The notes beneath the pieces were generated by a model. It saw nothing but the letters and a program-made list of their open reading frames with translations, did no database searches and was not told the DNA's origin. A DNA stretch of 63,451 nt, counting the filler, from Octopus bimaculoides (lineage: Eukaryota), in NCBI RefSeq assembly GCF_001194135.2. It is 3 parts of 3 records of this genome, joined end to end, with 100 filler letters (N's around TTAATTAATTAA, not from the genome) between each part and the next. Parts side by side here need not be neighbours in the genome. Positions count along the whole stretch, not along the records: positions 18,718 to 48,770 come from NC_068998.1; 2 more parts are not named here. One strand, written 5' to 3'. Shown piece by piece: positions 26,213-39,077 of this stretch. The stretch's first letter is position 1. Each line of letters starts with the position of its first letter. Both the position numbers and the translations under genes were made by a program.

Positions 26213-26637
26213 AGATATGAACCAAAATGCCCACTGAGAGACCTCTGTATGAGTATGAATCTTGTACACAAATGTACCATATCCACAAGGGGAAAACCAT
26301 ACATTTACATTGGAGCAACGGCTGACTCATTCACGAATCGTTATCTGAAGCATATCTTCAGCTTCAAGAAAATCAAAAAGAGGCATTCAACATATTTGGC
26401 TGATTTTGTGTGGTGACTTAAGGAAGATAAAATTAAACATGGCCTAACTTGGCCCATAATAAGACATGCACAACCATACAGTATTCTTCCCAGGAAATGC
26501 AAATTATGCTTCAAAGAATCTTTATCTATTTTGTGGTCCAATGAGAAAATTATTAAGAGAATTTCTGAAAGACTCTCAAGATACTCACATACTTACAAAT
26601 GCATTTTAACACAATGCAGTGGGAATGAATTTGAATA
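26213..26637 (+). mobile_element. Penelope-like element GIY-YIG endonuclease remnant
   Basis: CPLRDLCMSMNLVHKC...YIGATADSFTNRYLKHIFSF...TYLADFVW*LKE...WPIIRHAQPY...CKLCFKE; one internal stop at 26414-26416. Confidence 0.9.
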
Positions 26638-27143
26638 ACTGTTAACCAAATTAATAATCATAATTTACATTAAGGTATGGATGAATTAAATTTCCCTTTA
26701 GCCTCTCCATTCTTATGAAAAATAAGTAGCGATTTAATTCGCTGTGTGAACACGTGTGCCAAAACACACATGTGTATGCTTATATCTTCATGGATGTTTG
26801 CCCGAGTGAGTGTGCACTTGAGTGTAGATGCGCTATGCAACCTAAGTGAGGGCGTTTATACATCCATATCTATTAATGGTTATATTTAATACTTTTTTTG
26901 CATTTGTTATTTATTATTGATATTATGTAAAAATGAAGCTGTATCTTTTAATTTGCTGCTTTTCTGTGCGCAAACCCAGTAGATATCTTGTGGAACAGTC
27001 ATTATTTTAATAGGATACGTCTTGTAATCACATGAAGAGACATCTACACCATAAGATACTCCTAAACTAGTTGTTAAATGTCCCAGCCATGGGAGATCGA
27101 TGGTAGATGCGTTGAAACAATTATATATATGTATATACATGTG

Positions 27144-27208
<65 letters not shown>

Positions 27209-27323
27209 GTATATATATATACACACACATACACACACATAAATATATTATATACGAATGCATGNNNNNNNNNNNNNNNNNNNNNNNNNNNNNNNNNNNN
27301 NNTATAATGTTTATATATATGTT

Positions 27324-27377
<54 letters not shown>

Positions 27378-28170
27378 TATGTATATATACATGTATACAC
27401 TTGTATGTTTTAAGTCTGTTCGTGGCTGTGTGCGTGTGCGCGCGTGTGTGCATGTTATCTGTGCAGATTTCTCACTTGTAGTAGATTATTATAGACTTAA
27501 CTGAACAATCTTTATTGACTTCTTCACACTTACCAATCATGCTTATACTCCTAGAAGCGCTTGCAACATAATATACACTTACCTTAATATATAACCTAAC
27601 AACATCACCATTATCGATACTTCTGCTTTCCTACTATACCTTTTTGGTGAGGGGGTTGTTGTGGGGCAGGATTTTAGGTAATTTATTTTCATCATTTCTA
27701 TTTTGCTCTCTTTCTTTTTGTGACATAATTTTCTATCTATTTTTTTTCTATCTGTTTTTCTTTTCTCAAATCCTCATTCTCTCTAAAGAAGCCTGTAAAT
27801 GGAAGATCTTGTTAATTTGATAAAAGTTCAAATGCTGGTACAACCCGCACCAAATTTTTTTTAAAATGATAACAAATGTGGTTATATATAACAAGAGATG
27901 GGAAAACAAAGCAAATTGATATCAGACACATGAGTAGCTGCATGATAAGCAGCTTGTTCCCCAACTATCTATCTATCTATCTATCTGTCTGTATGTCTAT
28001 TACATAATATGTACATATAATATATATATATATATTTATATATATATATATATGTACAAATATATACAAGTAATGTCTCTCTCTCTATATATATACATAT
28101 ATATATATATATACACACACACACATATATATATATACATATAAATGATATAATATATATACATATATAA

Positions 28171-28214
<44 letters not shown>

Positions 28215-28454
28215 CATATATATAAATAATTATATATATNNNNNNNNNNNNNNNNNNNNNNNNNNNNNNNNNNNNNNNNNNNNNNNNNNNNNNNNNNNNN
28301 NNNNNNNNNNNNNNNNNNNNNNNNNNNNNNNNNNNNNNNNNNNNNNNNNNNNNNNNNNNNNNNNNNNNNNNNNNNNNNNNNNNNNNNNNNNNNNNNNNNN
28401 NNNNNNNNNNNNNNNNNNNNNNNNNNNTATATATATATATATATATATATATAT

Positions 28455-28750
28455 AGGCACAGGAATGGCTGTGTGGTAATAAGCTTGCTTCTGAACCACA
28501 TAGATCTGCGTTCATTCCCACTGCTTGGCATCTTGTATTTTTGTGTTTGTCCCTCCCCCCATCACAACTACCATCATCACTAGACAACCAATGTTGGTGT
28601 GTTTACATCCCTGTACCTTAGCGGTTTGGCAAAACAGACCAATAGAATAAGTACTAGGCTTACAAAGAATAAATCCTGGGATTGATTTGTTCGACTAAAG
28701 GTGGCGCTCCAGCATGGCCAGCATAACTGAAACAAGTAAAAGAATAAAAG
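28455..28750 (+). mobile_element. SINE family B copy (internally deleted)
   Basis: GGCACAGGAATGGCTGTGTGGTAA...TAGCGGTTTGGCAAAACAGACCAATAGAATAAGTACTAGG...CCAGCATGGCC...ACTGAAACAAGTAAAAGA. Confidence 0.85.
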
Positions 28751-29000
28751 AATACAAGGAAAAACAATTTCCTTTATAAGGATGTGAAAACATGCAATTT
28801 TCCACTGTTTTTTTTTAAAAGTAAACACCTAATATGGTAGAGAAAATTTTTTCACAATCCAAAAAGGTATATATTCAATATAAAAAAATTCAAAGAAAAT
28901 GGAGATTTACAATTGACATATTTTAAATATAATGTATTAACATAATATTATATTACAATAAATATATAATATAATATAATATAATATGAATAGAAACAAA

Positions 29001-29091
29001 TATTAATCCTTCAAATTGTTTCGATTCATACCCAATAACGAATTTATAAAAAAGTTATATTTTTGAGTATGAATCTCTTCAGGGAAATATT
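29001..29091 (-). ncRNA. Minimal type I hammerhead ribozyme fold, cleavage triplet mutated (PLE-associated)
   Basis: Minus strand: UCC CUGAAGA GAUUCAUACUCAA (27-nt loop) UUGGGUAUGAAUC GAAA C AAUUU GAA GGA. Stem II is 13 bp with one G-U, the core boxes are canonical, and stem I is UCC/GGA. The triplet reads GAA instead of GUA. Confidence 0.7.
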
Positions 29092-29208
29092 TGACAAAGG
29101 ATTGTTAAATCTTGCCCCTTTAACTGGTAATTGACATCATGATTTAAAGTCTTTCTCTACCCAGGCTCTGCCCCTACCCAGCCTCTTTTTATAGACAGTT
29201 ACTATAAA

Positions 29209-29451
29209 TGTATATATAAATGGTATGACTTGCTCTTGTTTTTCTCTTCTTTGGGTTGTCCGAATTTGTTGTATGGGTATTTTTATAGCCCACTGTATGC
29301 CATTTTCTATAAGTAGAGATGGGTATTTTTGTTTGAGCAAGAATTCTCTTAGTTCTGTTAGGCATTTGCTCCTGATATTCACATCTTCTACAATGGTACA
29401 GATTCTTCTGGCTGGGCAGTATGGGATGTTGCATTCTGTATGTGGTGGGTA
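29209..29451 (-). mobile_element. Penelope-like element thumb/linker fragment
   Basis: YPPHTECNIPYCPARRICTIVEDVNIRSKCLTELREFLLKQKYPSLLIENGI...VIPFIYT matches the PLE HP.H.K.NIP..LARRI...YP...I pattern. Confidence 0.85.
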
Positions 29452-29859
29452 GCACAAATTAAAATTCAGGTATAGCAGAGATTGAATCATTTGACTCAAA
29501 CCCTTCAAGGCATTGCGCTAGCATGGCCACGGTCGAATAACTGAAACAAATAGAAAATAAAATAAAAATAGATAAAAGATGAAATTAAATATAAAGTATT
29601 AGAAAATTACAAAGAAAACAATAAAAACAAATAAAAGAAGAAAGACATGCTATTATGATTAATCAAAGCCAAAAAATGTAAATAAAACAAAGAGAGAATC
29701 TTGCTCAAGGGTATGTTTTGTTGTCTGAATCAGCTAATTAAGAAGTGTCTGAAATTCAGAATCTAAGTAAATGTGGAATGGTCTGCATCTACGATAATCA
29801 TTCTATAGGAGTGTTCGTTAATTTTAATAATTGTGAAGATATCGTTCATCTTTTATCTT

Positions 29860-30089
29860 TTGCTTGTTTCTATCATTGGACTGTGGCCATGCTGGTGTAC
29901 CACTCTGAAGGATTTTAGTCAAACAAGTTGACCTTTGAACTTACTGTGTTTTCTTTTCTTCGGTTTATTTATTATGCTTTTTTGTTTCAAGCCTGATGCT
30001 TATTTTATCAGTTTCTATTATAGGGACTTAAACACACCGAGACGGGTTGTCAAGCAGTAGTGGGGGACAAACACATGCACAGTGACACA

Positions 30090-30173
<84 letters not shown>

Positions 30174-30345
30174 TTCATGTATATGATGGACTTCTTTTCA
30201 GATTCTGTTGGCCAAATCCACCCACAAGGCTTTGATTGGCCTAAAGTTATAACAGAAGACACCTGCCCAAGGTGCCATGCAATGGAACTGAACCCAGAAT
30301 CATGTGGTTTGGAAGCAAGATTCTTACCACACAGCCACATACACA
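29860..30345 (-). mobile_element. SINE family B copy with internal (CT)n
   Basis: GACTGTGGCCATGCTGG..., GGGTTGTCAAGCAGT..GGGGACAAACAC, CACCTGCCCAAGGTGCCATGCAATGGAACTGAACCCAG. Confidence 0.85.
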
Positions 30346-31201
30346 CGCATAAATTATATATATATAGACACATACACATGTGCACATGCAACAGGTATCC
30401 ATGCTGTATGAGCATATCAAATTTCATTGTATTGAGTATGGATCAACATGGGGCTATGGTGGAAGACACTTACATAGAATGCCAGACACTGTAATTGAAC
30501 CTAAACCTATGTGGTTAGGAAGCAAACGTTCTTCACCCCACAGCTATATCTACACACATTTGTTTATGTATCATTTATATATTTGTTGATATTTCATTAC
30601 ATCTATTTATTCAATACATGTAATCAAATCTCATGGTGATGCTCCCAACGGATGGTGCGAGTAGGGGTCAGCTGAAACCAATCCAATATGACCAGTACAG
30701 AAAATAAGTATTGGACAACACATGATTATTAGATAATGAATTGAGAATTGATTGCAGAACAAAGTGAAACAGTTATCAGCCAATCAACCTGTTGTGCTAA
30801 TTATTATCATAAAATATGCAGAGAGTCCCAAAACCATATCCAAATTCAATCAATTTGTCCCAGCTCAGTTTCAAAAATACAGTATATATATATATACATG
30901 TATGTAGCGTTTTGTGAAGGCACATGGCTTAGTGGTTAGAGTGTCAAGCTTATGATTGGGAGATTATGTATTTATATGTAAGTATATATATGTAGGAACA
31001 ACAAACAGGTGTATTAGTTTAACATACACACACACACACTCACACATATATGCATAGATATATATGTATCTGCTAAACTAATACACCTGCTTGTTTTTCC
31101 TATGCCTGTTTTCATCTTTTCTTTTTTCTGTAAATACATATACAATTGTGTATCTCTTTGTTATACATATATCTACATATACACACACACATACATACAT
31201 A

Positions 31202-31305
<104 letters not shown>

Positions 31306-31854
31306 CGGCAATATACTGTATCTGTGTATACAGTAGTTGATTCTCTTTGACAGTTAAGTCTTCCGTAACAGAATGTTGATGAGGGCTGGACCTTTGATTT
31401 ACCAGACACACAGATTCAGGGAGAATAAGAAAAAAAAATTTTGGTTTAAGTTTTGGACTGATGCTTTATCTGATTTATTTGTTAATGGAAAAAGGATAAA
31501 AAAAGAAAAAAAAAAGTGGTTTTGGTGAGAATTGAACTTGGTGCATTGAGCTAGCTACAATGAATGCTACTAGTACTGCAAGGCACTACAGCTGATATCT
31601 GAAGAGTCCTGCCAATTCACTGCAACTGGAGATGGTGGTGGTTGTGGTGGGGGTAATCGCCAACAGCAACAACAACAACAACAGATATAATTAATTAATT
31701 GACTTTCATTATAATGGTATCATGTCATGGAAATTGTTTTATTGTGTTAAAAATCATGATATGTAAATTGATTGTCTCTAAGAGACTTCATGGATAGCAA
31801 CAAGAATGTTTACATAGCTTTGTCTTCTATCAAATTACTACTACTACTACTATA

Positions 31855-31893
<39 letters not shown>

Positions 31894-31895
<2 letters not shown>

Positions 31896-32085
31896 AGCAG
31901 CAAGCTGATTCAATCATTAACATGCTGGATGAAACGCTTAGCGGTGTTTCGCCTCTCGTTACATTCTCAATTCAAATTCCACCGAGGTCAACTTTACCTT
32001 TCATCCTCTCAGGGTCAATAAATTAAGTACCAGTCAAACACCGGGATCGAGTCATCCATCCCCTCCCCACAAACTTGAGGTCTTA
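31894..32085 (+). mobile_element. SINE family A copy
   Basis: GAAACGCTTAGCGGTGTTTCG...TTCAAATTCCACCGAGGTCAAC...ATAAATTAAGTACCAG. Confidence 0.85.
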
Positions 32086-32127
32086 TTATCATTATTATTA
32101 TTACCACTTCTACTAGTACTATAATTA

Positions 32128-32165
<38 letters not shown>

Positions 32166-32675
32166 TTTTCATCTTTCATTTATTAAAATTAAAAATCTAG
32201 AAATATTAGAAAAAAATTTTACTGACTTGAAAAAAATAAAGGAAAAGAAAATTTAATAGTTTTCTTTCTATTTATTATTTNNNNNNNNNNNNNNNNNNNN
32301 NNNNNNNNNNNNNNNNNNNNNNNNNNNNNNNNTAAGTATAATATTTTGACAAGCCGTTCTATAAAATATTTAAATACAAAATAAACACCGTTCATTCATA
32401 CAATTCAACTAGAGCTTCTGCAAACAGAACATAACACAATATAAAGAGTCTGTTGTTGTTGGTGTTGTTTTGTTTTGTATTTGTCACTTATATTTAATTT
32501 TTTTTTTTTTATATCTTTAAATAAAATAACGAAAGTTTGTTAAATAACGAAAATTTCCAAACAACTGGAAAGTAAACAATTTGTTTGGTCTTTTTCAAGT
32601 TTGGTCAAAGGATATTGAGTCGTGTCAGATCAATAGATTTTAATCTTTTAATATCATCTTCATTTTTATTATTAC

Positions 32676-32714
<39 letters not shown>

Positions 32715-33107
32715 CATTATTGTTGTTGTTGTTGCTGTTATTATTATTATTATTGTTCTTATTGTTGATACTTTTATTTTTTGCAGTTTTTTTCATATTT
32801 ACATTTATTAAATATTTTTCCCCAAAAAGTTATTGTGTGTCTGTGTGTGTGTATACGTAAGCATGTTTCTATGCTACATCATCTATATGGTCTTTAATTT
32901 TCCTGAAACTCTCCAGTCCCATTGGCATCTGAAATGTCTATAAAGACTGTTTTCTTTTTTTGTGTGTGTGTTTATGTGTTTGTGTGTGTGTTTTTTTTTT
33001 TTTCACTTGAGGAATATTAACCTAAAATGTCAAAATCATGTTTTGAAAATGTCTATTTACTTTTCTGAATGAATTTGACTAGTTCAGTAGTTCTTTGGTT
33101 GATGGTA

Positions 33108-33143
<36 letters not shown>

Positions 33144-33849
33144 GACAACAACAGCAACAATAATTTAAAGAAAAGAAAAAGATTTATTTAAAAACAAAAA
33201 AAGGAGAGCAAAAATCGCGAAACAAAAGCCAAAAACAAATCATTGAACGTGCTTAATTCTATTTCAGAAAATCCACTGTAAGCACGCATTGACTGAATTA
33301 TTTTAACATAAAATATGTTCTTTTAACGTTATATAGGAAGGGCTCAGTAATTTTATATGAAGCCTCTTTTGGTCCCATTGACTGCAACTATATCAATTCT
33401 TTATATACCATTATGGAGTTCTATCACGAAAGACACACACAGTTAGTTAGCAAGCTACAAGGGATGGGAAATGTATTGGGTTGTATAAGCAATAAAAACG
33501 AAAAATAGTTCTGTTCTTCAGTGACTAAACGGTTTATTTATTTTAGCATTGAAAATTTGTTTTTGTGTGTGGTTGGTGCTTATGCAAAAAGAAAATATAG
33601 TTAAGTGCATGCTTGCATTCTTAATGTAGTGAATCAGAAAGAATTTTTGATCAACTGAGACAACAATTGTTGTTTCTTTCATTTTACATCTATTTTTCCA
33701 AACTAGTATGAGTTAGGTGAATACTTACTGAAGTATTGTCTTACAGTCAGATGCTTTTCCTGGCAATAACCATTACCTGATTTTCGAGTAATAGATTCTT
33801 TTATTTTTTTATACTCTTATTTGGAAATCCAGATTGAATGTCACATAAA

Positions 33850-34022
33850 AAGCACTAAGTCTATGCTGTGGAATGGTTGGTGTCAGGAAGGGCATCCAGC
33901 CATAAAAATGATGCCAAAGCAGACACAAAAGCATGGTGTAGGCTCCTGCCTGGCCAGCTCCTATCAAACCGTCCAACCCATGTCAGCATGGAGGGTGGAC
34001 ATTAAACGATGATGATGATGAT
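33850..34022 (+). mobile_element. Family C 3' fragment
   Basis: GTCAGGAAGGGCATCCAGCC...GGACATTAAACGATGATGATGATG. Confidence 0.85.
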
Positions 34023-34239
34023 CTACTGAACTAATAAAGAATGTTCAGTAACACCCTTTTCTCAATGCATGGATTGTAAACACACTCACTCACACAAGCA
34101 CACACGTGTACACATGTACACATGCATGCACATGCACACATGCAAACATGTAGCAATAACAATGATTGGTGGAAAACAATAACAAAAGGAGTCGGAACAC
34201 ATTAATTTACAAAACAGTGATTTTGTACTCAATCATTTG

Positions 34240-34525
34240 TAATGAGGGTTTCAGTTGATCCAATTAATGGAACAGCCTGCTTGTAAATTTAACACATAAG
34301 TGGCTGAGCACCCCACAGACATGCATACACTTAATTTAGTTCTCAGGAAGATTCCGCGTGTCACAGAATGTGACAATGCTGGCCCTTTGATATAGAGGTG
34401 CAATGCATTTTTGCCAGCTGAGTGGACTGGAGCAATATGAAAATAGATTGTCTTCCATCACTAGGAATTGAACTCACAACCTTACAATCATGAGCTGAAT
34501 ATGCCAATCACTATGCCATGTGCCT
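34240..34525 (-). mobile_element. SINE family D copy
   Basis: AAGTGGCTGAGCACCCCACAGACATG...CCAGCTGAGTGGACTGGAGCAAT...GGAATTGAACTCACAACC. Confidence 0.85.
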
Positions 34526-34599
34526 TCAGAAGGTGATTTGCACAGGATGGAAGAGCTCTATATTAAAATACCAATTGAAGTAGTGAAATCTGTACATAG

Positions 34600-34988
34600 A
34601 GCTGCAGACATGGCTGTGTGGTAAGAAACTTCCTTTCCAGCCACGTGGTTCCAGGTTCAATTCCACTTCATGGAACCTTGGGCAAGTATCTTCTACTATG
34701 GCCTCAGGCCAACCCAAAGCCTTGTGAGTGGATTTGGTACATGGAAACTGAAAGAAGCCTATTGTGTTTGAGTATGTGTGTGTGTCTTTGTTTGTAACCT
34801 CCCCACTGCTTGAAACCGGTGTTGGTGTGTTTACCTCCCCGTAACTTAGCTGTTCAGCAAAAGAAATCAACAGAATAAGTACCAAGTTTAACCAAACAAT
34901 TACTGGAGCTTGATTCATTCCACTAAAATTTTTTCAAGGTGGTGCCCCAGCATGGCCACAGCTTAATGACTGAAACAAGTAAAAGAAG
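34600..34988 (+). mobile_element. SINE family B copy, full length
   Basis: Head GGCTGTGTGGTAAG...GGTTCAATTCC through tail ATGACTGAAACAAGTAAAAGA. Confidence 0.9.
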
Positions 34989-35589
34989 ATCCTTACCACT
35001 AAATTTCCTAGAATGATGCTCTTCCTGTTTCTGATCAGATTCTGTAGAGAAATGTTTTTTTTTTGTTTTTTGGCTTAACATAAAGAGAATTCAATGATTC
35101 CTGTTGAGATTTCTTTGTTGAAGTGTGTAAAGATGCCCTCAGTGGCTAATTCCATTTTTATTGTGCAACATAATGGTTTAATGTTTAAAATATAAAATAT
35201 CTCTTACTCATTTATTGCTGTCGTTGGTTTCAACCTCTGGTCAGTTCTGGTCAAATAGAACTGTAATCAAGAGCAATTTAACTTTGGTCATATTGTCTTT
35301 TCATATATAAAGTTTATTGCATATCAGGTTTTTATATANNNNNNNNNNNNNNNNNNNNNNNNNTATATATATATATATATATATATATTATAAGACAAAT
35401 TCTTCCTTCTCTTTAGAGAGGGAAGAACTTGAGAGAGATTTGATTGCTATTTCTGTTAGATCATGTGATCATGAAGAGGGAATACCCTCATTGCTTTGTA
35501 TTGTCTTCCATCTTATAAATAAAATAGATATAAATAAAAATACAGCTGGCTGTTGGGGGACGGTTTGGCTGGTATGCTGAGCATTTTGA

Positions 35590-35850
35590 GTCATCATCAT
35601 CATCATAATCATCATCATCATCACCATCATTATCGTCATCATCACCATCATCGTCGTCATCATCACCATCATCGTCGTCGTCACCATCATCATCGTCATC
35701 ATTATTTCACCTTTGTTTTCCATGCTGGCATGGGTTAGATGGTTTGACTGGAACTGACAAATTGGTTAGTCTGTTTTGGCTTGGTTTCTATGGCTTGATG
35801 CCTTTCCTAATGCCAACCACTCCATAGAATGTGCTGGCTGTCTTTTACAT
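35590..35850 (-). mobile_element. Family C fragment with expanded (CAT)n tail
   Basis: (CAT)n run followed by TTTTCCATGCTGGCATGGGTT...TGATGCCTTTCCTAATGCCAACCAC. Confidence 0.8.
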
Positions 35851-36679
35851 GCAGGGCCAGATTAAGATCCATAGAGGTTTTGGCGCCCTGAAGAATTTGT
35901 AAATGGTTCAAAATGGTTCAAAATTCCATATAACATCCGTGACCAGATAACCTGATGTGTTCTATGTTTCTTTAAGATAACAGGCTATGATTTAAGTGAG
36001 ATTTGACTACTGTTTCTAGCAGATTGAGTGACCACATAGAAGTTTCCTCACTGGTATAGAATGATAGAGACAGAGGTCGTTTTCTTTTTTTTTCTTTTTT
36101 TTCTTTTGTCTCCTGAATGTGATTTGTCTGCGACACTTGGGCAACAAGAATAAATACCAAAAAAATCTATCTTATGCTTCTCATTCTCTCGGCTGGTTTT
36201 GAATAAAAAAGACAATAAATCAAAGGATAACAGTTACTGCTGCATCTTAAAGAATTCACCATATGAAGAAACTGAAGAAGTCGAAAAGAAGAAAAGATCT
36301 CTGAAACAGGAACAGGCGGCACCGTTTTTATTCTGTTGGCTTTGTGAGATGTCTGTGGGATAAAGGTTAGTCTTAATGTTGCAAACTAACATTTAAACCA
36401 ATGACATTACACAATGCTAAAGAACGTCGAATATGTTCAAATCTCTGATGTACTTATTTCAGAATCAGAAAAGATAAAAGATATTGAAAGAAGAATAACA
36501 AAATTGTATTCTGCATGTGAATGGTTTCTCTGCAACATTTCTGTTTAAGTGTTGCGTTTCATGTAGATGTTGAATAATAAAACAAAAGAATAAAATCAGA
36601 CAGATAAAGAACTGCTTAAATTAAATTCAAGAAGCATTAATTGAAAATATATTTATTTTTTTCTTATCTGTTATTATCA

Positions 36680-37230
36680 AGTGGATATCAAAAGAATATC
36701 AAATAGATACCAGATGGATCAAAAAGAAGAACAGTGGATATTCAACGAAGTATGTGTGAATATGAAATGATATCAAATGGGTAATGATAGATTGTGAAAG
36801 AGTTATCAAATGGATATCCAGATGGGTGCCAGATGAATAAAAACATAGACAATGCATAAATGAATATCAAATGAATTTGAATGATATCAAATACGTAGTG
36901 ATGGATTGTCAAATACATATCATATGGATATCACATGGATGTTAGATGAATAAAAGATGGACAATAAATAAATGTCAAGTATATTAGAAATAAATGTGAA
37001 AGAAAAACTATAAATGAATACCAACAGATATTGCATTGGTAATGATGGGGGATATCAAATCAATGTCACATAGATATATTAAATACCAAATATTAAAAGA
37101 ATTTCAAATATCATATGGCAAAGGGTAAATAGATATATAAAATATCAAACAGCAGATTAATGTGAAATAAATATGAAATAGATATTGAAAGGACTCGAAA
37201 TGAATACTCTTCACTGGATATGGGTTGAAT
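36680..37230. repeat. Degenerate minisatellite-like tract (ATGGATATCAA-type unit)
   Basis: Recurrent GATATCAAAT / ATGGATATC / AATATCAAAT words at irregular short spacing. Confidence 0.55.
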
Positions 37231-37724
37231 GGGTCATCAAATTCTGAGACAGTTCTTGTTTGAACTTACTTCTCTCTCTTGACGGTTTAAAGACCACGTC
37301 TCAATCATGCTCCATTTTTTGGATGGGGGTGGGGTATGCATGCTCTTCCTGTTGCCATCTACCTTACAGGGTACTGGATGCATTTTATTCTCGCACCAAT
37401 ACTACAGAGAGTGTCTTGTCTAAGGCAAGACCAACGAGTTCTCTTTCTACCTAGATCACTGGTACATAGTGATATATGTACTTCTACAAAGAATTTAGTA
37501 AAACAACTTAGTTATCATTAAGCTAGTGTTAGGAACATAAATTGTGACTAAGGTTTGGTGGAAGATTTTAATTCAAAACTTATGAAAACAAGACGTTTGT
37601 ACTACAGAACCAGAGGCGGTTTCAGCTGGATTGGTATCAAAAGGGATAAACAGTCAAACATCGTCACTATCATCATGTATTTTACATGGGATTTTTGGTG
37701 CTCCAAAGTTATCTTAATGTACTT

Positions 37725-37803
37725 CATATATAAAATGACCACCCTATTTTGTTAGTAAATTTTGGTTTGAAAAATTTGACTTGTATGCGGGAAAATATAG
37801 TAG
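37725..37803. mobile_element. pogo/Tc2-type MITE terminal fragment
   Basis: Ends ...TTGTATGCGGGAAAATATAGTA, resembling the reverse of the TACCGTATTTTCCCGCATATAAG terminus of Tc2/pogo MITEs; only one end is seen. Confidence 0.45.
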
Positions 37804-37901
37804 CAACAGTGACTTCAAATTTTGACAAGACTCTTCAAACTGTGGAAACAAACAGAGAGGGAATGAAAAAAAAAACGTGTTGAGCGCAGTGGTCCATATA
37901 T

Positions 37902-38023
37902 ATAAATTCTTAATTATATTACAGGGCACATGAAACACCAGCTTGCTAGAGAGTGGAAATAAACCCCACCACTTTCTAGCAGGCTAATGCTTCATGTACC
38001 CTCTAATATAATTAAGGATTTAT
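37902..38023. repeat. Imperfect inverted repeat (55-bp arms, 12-nt loop), MITE-like
   Basis: ATAAATTCTTAATTATATTACAGGGCACATGAAACACCAGCTTGCTAGAGAGTGG versus the reverse complement of 37969-38023; mismatches are mostly transitions. Confidence 0.85.
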
Positions 38024-38188
38024 TATATAGCTGTTTAATGCTAATATCACATGCTGCCACTAATGTTATTGTTATTGGTATTATCAATTATTTAGATTTG
38101 CCGATGATAATAATAATAATAACAATAACATCTTTACCAGTATTTATTTTGAATACTTACTTATTCTTATATATATATATATATATAT

Positions 38189-38249
38189 AGTGGACATTTA
38201 ATGTGCTAGAAGAAGATCATATGTTCTTCTAGCACATTAAATGTCCACT
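38189..38249. repeat. Perfect 26-bp inverted repeat with 9-nt loop
   Basis: AGTGGACATTTAATGTGCTAGAAGAA-GATCATATG-TTCTTCTAGCACATTAAATGTCCACT. Confidence 0.95.
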
Positions 38250-38448
38250 TAGTGGTCATCGTTATATATAAACATATACATTAATCCCCTGAGATCTCAG
38301 ATATTTTTTCTGAATCTCTCTGATTCTTTCAATGTGCTAGCTTCCTGATAATAATTCGATATTAATTAATATCTGATTTTTACCCTATGTTTTAATTTTA
38401 TATATATTATATAAAGCGGATGTTAAATGACGATGATGATGATGATGA

Positions 38449-38482
<34 letters not shown>

Positions 38483-38485
<3 letters not shown>

Positions 38486-38624
38486 CTGTGGCCAAAAGTT
38501 CGGAACATTTTTTAGAAATTAAAATTGTTATGCTCAGTATATGCTCCGACCAAATTTAACTTACAGAATTTAATATAGAAATTCTAATTTTCAGACCTAT
38601 GTTCCAAAGTTTTGGCCATGACTG
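38483..38624. mobile_element. Tc1-family MITE (142 bp) with TA target-site duplication
   Basis: TA|CAGCTGTGGCCAAAAGTTCGGAACA ... TGTTCCAAAGTTTTGGCCATGACTG|TA; about 25-bp TIRs with 5 mismatches. Confidence 0.85.
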
Positions 38625-39031
38625 TATATGCGTGTATATATATGATTCCACAATCGGAAAGCATTTAAACATACATGAATTAAGTGTGTAACATCAATAA
38701 TGCTTACATTATCAGAACTGCTTCTAAAACAAAATTCACTTCTGTGGTACTATTACTCATCAGAAGATAGATTTTACATTATTTGCATATATCTCAGACA
38801 GTAATTTGAATTTAATTAGAGGAAGATTTGAGGACAGAGTACCAATGAGCTAAAATGATAGCAAAATATCGATATCTGTTGTTCTCATTCACCTGTCGGT
38901 GATTTGTTTCACCTGGTTTTCAGGTATACAGTGATATTTTACAGATGATGTCTTAAAAGAACTTTCCCTGGATGAAATACACTTGAAAGTGTTTAAACAA
39001 AGCACTTACATTAAGTATATGGTATCAAAAA

Positions 39032-39077
<46 letters not shown>

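Noticed and set aside
35553-35738. His-rich ORF
   Set aside because: Translation of the (CAT)n tail of a family C element.
36250-36372. Purine-rich segment ending in a strong donor AAAG/GTTAGT
   Set aside because: All three frames stop before the donor. It could be a UTR exon but cannot be supported from sequence alone.
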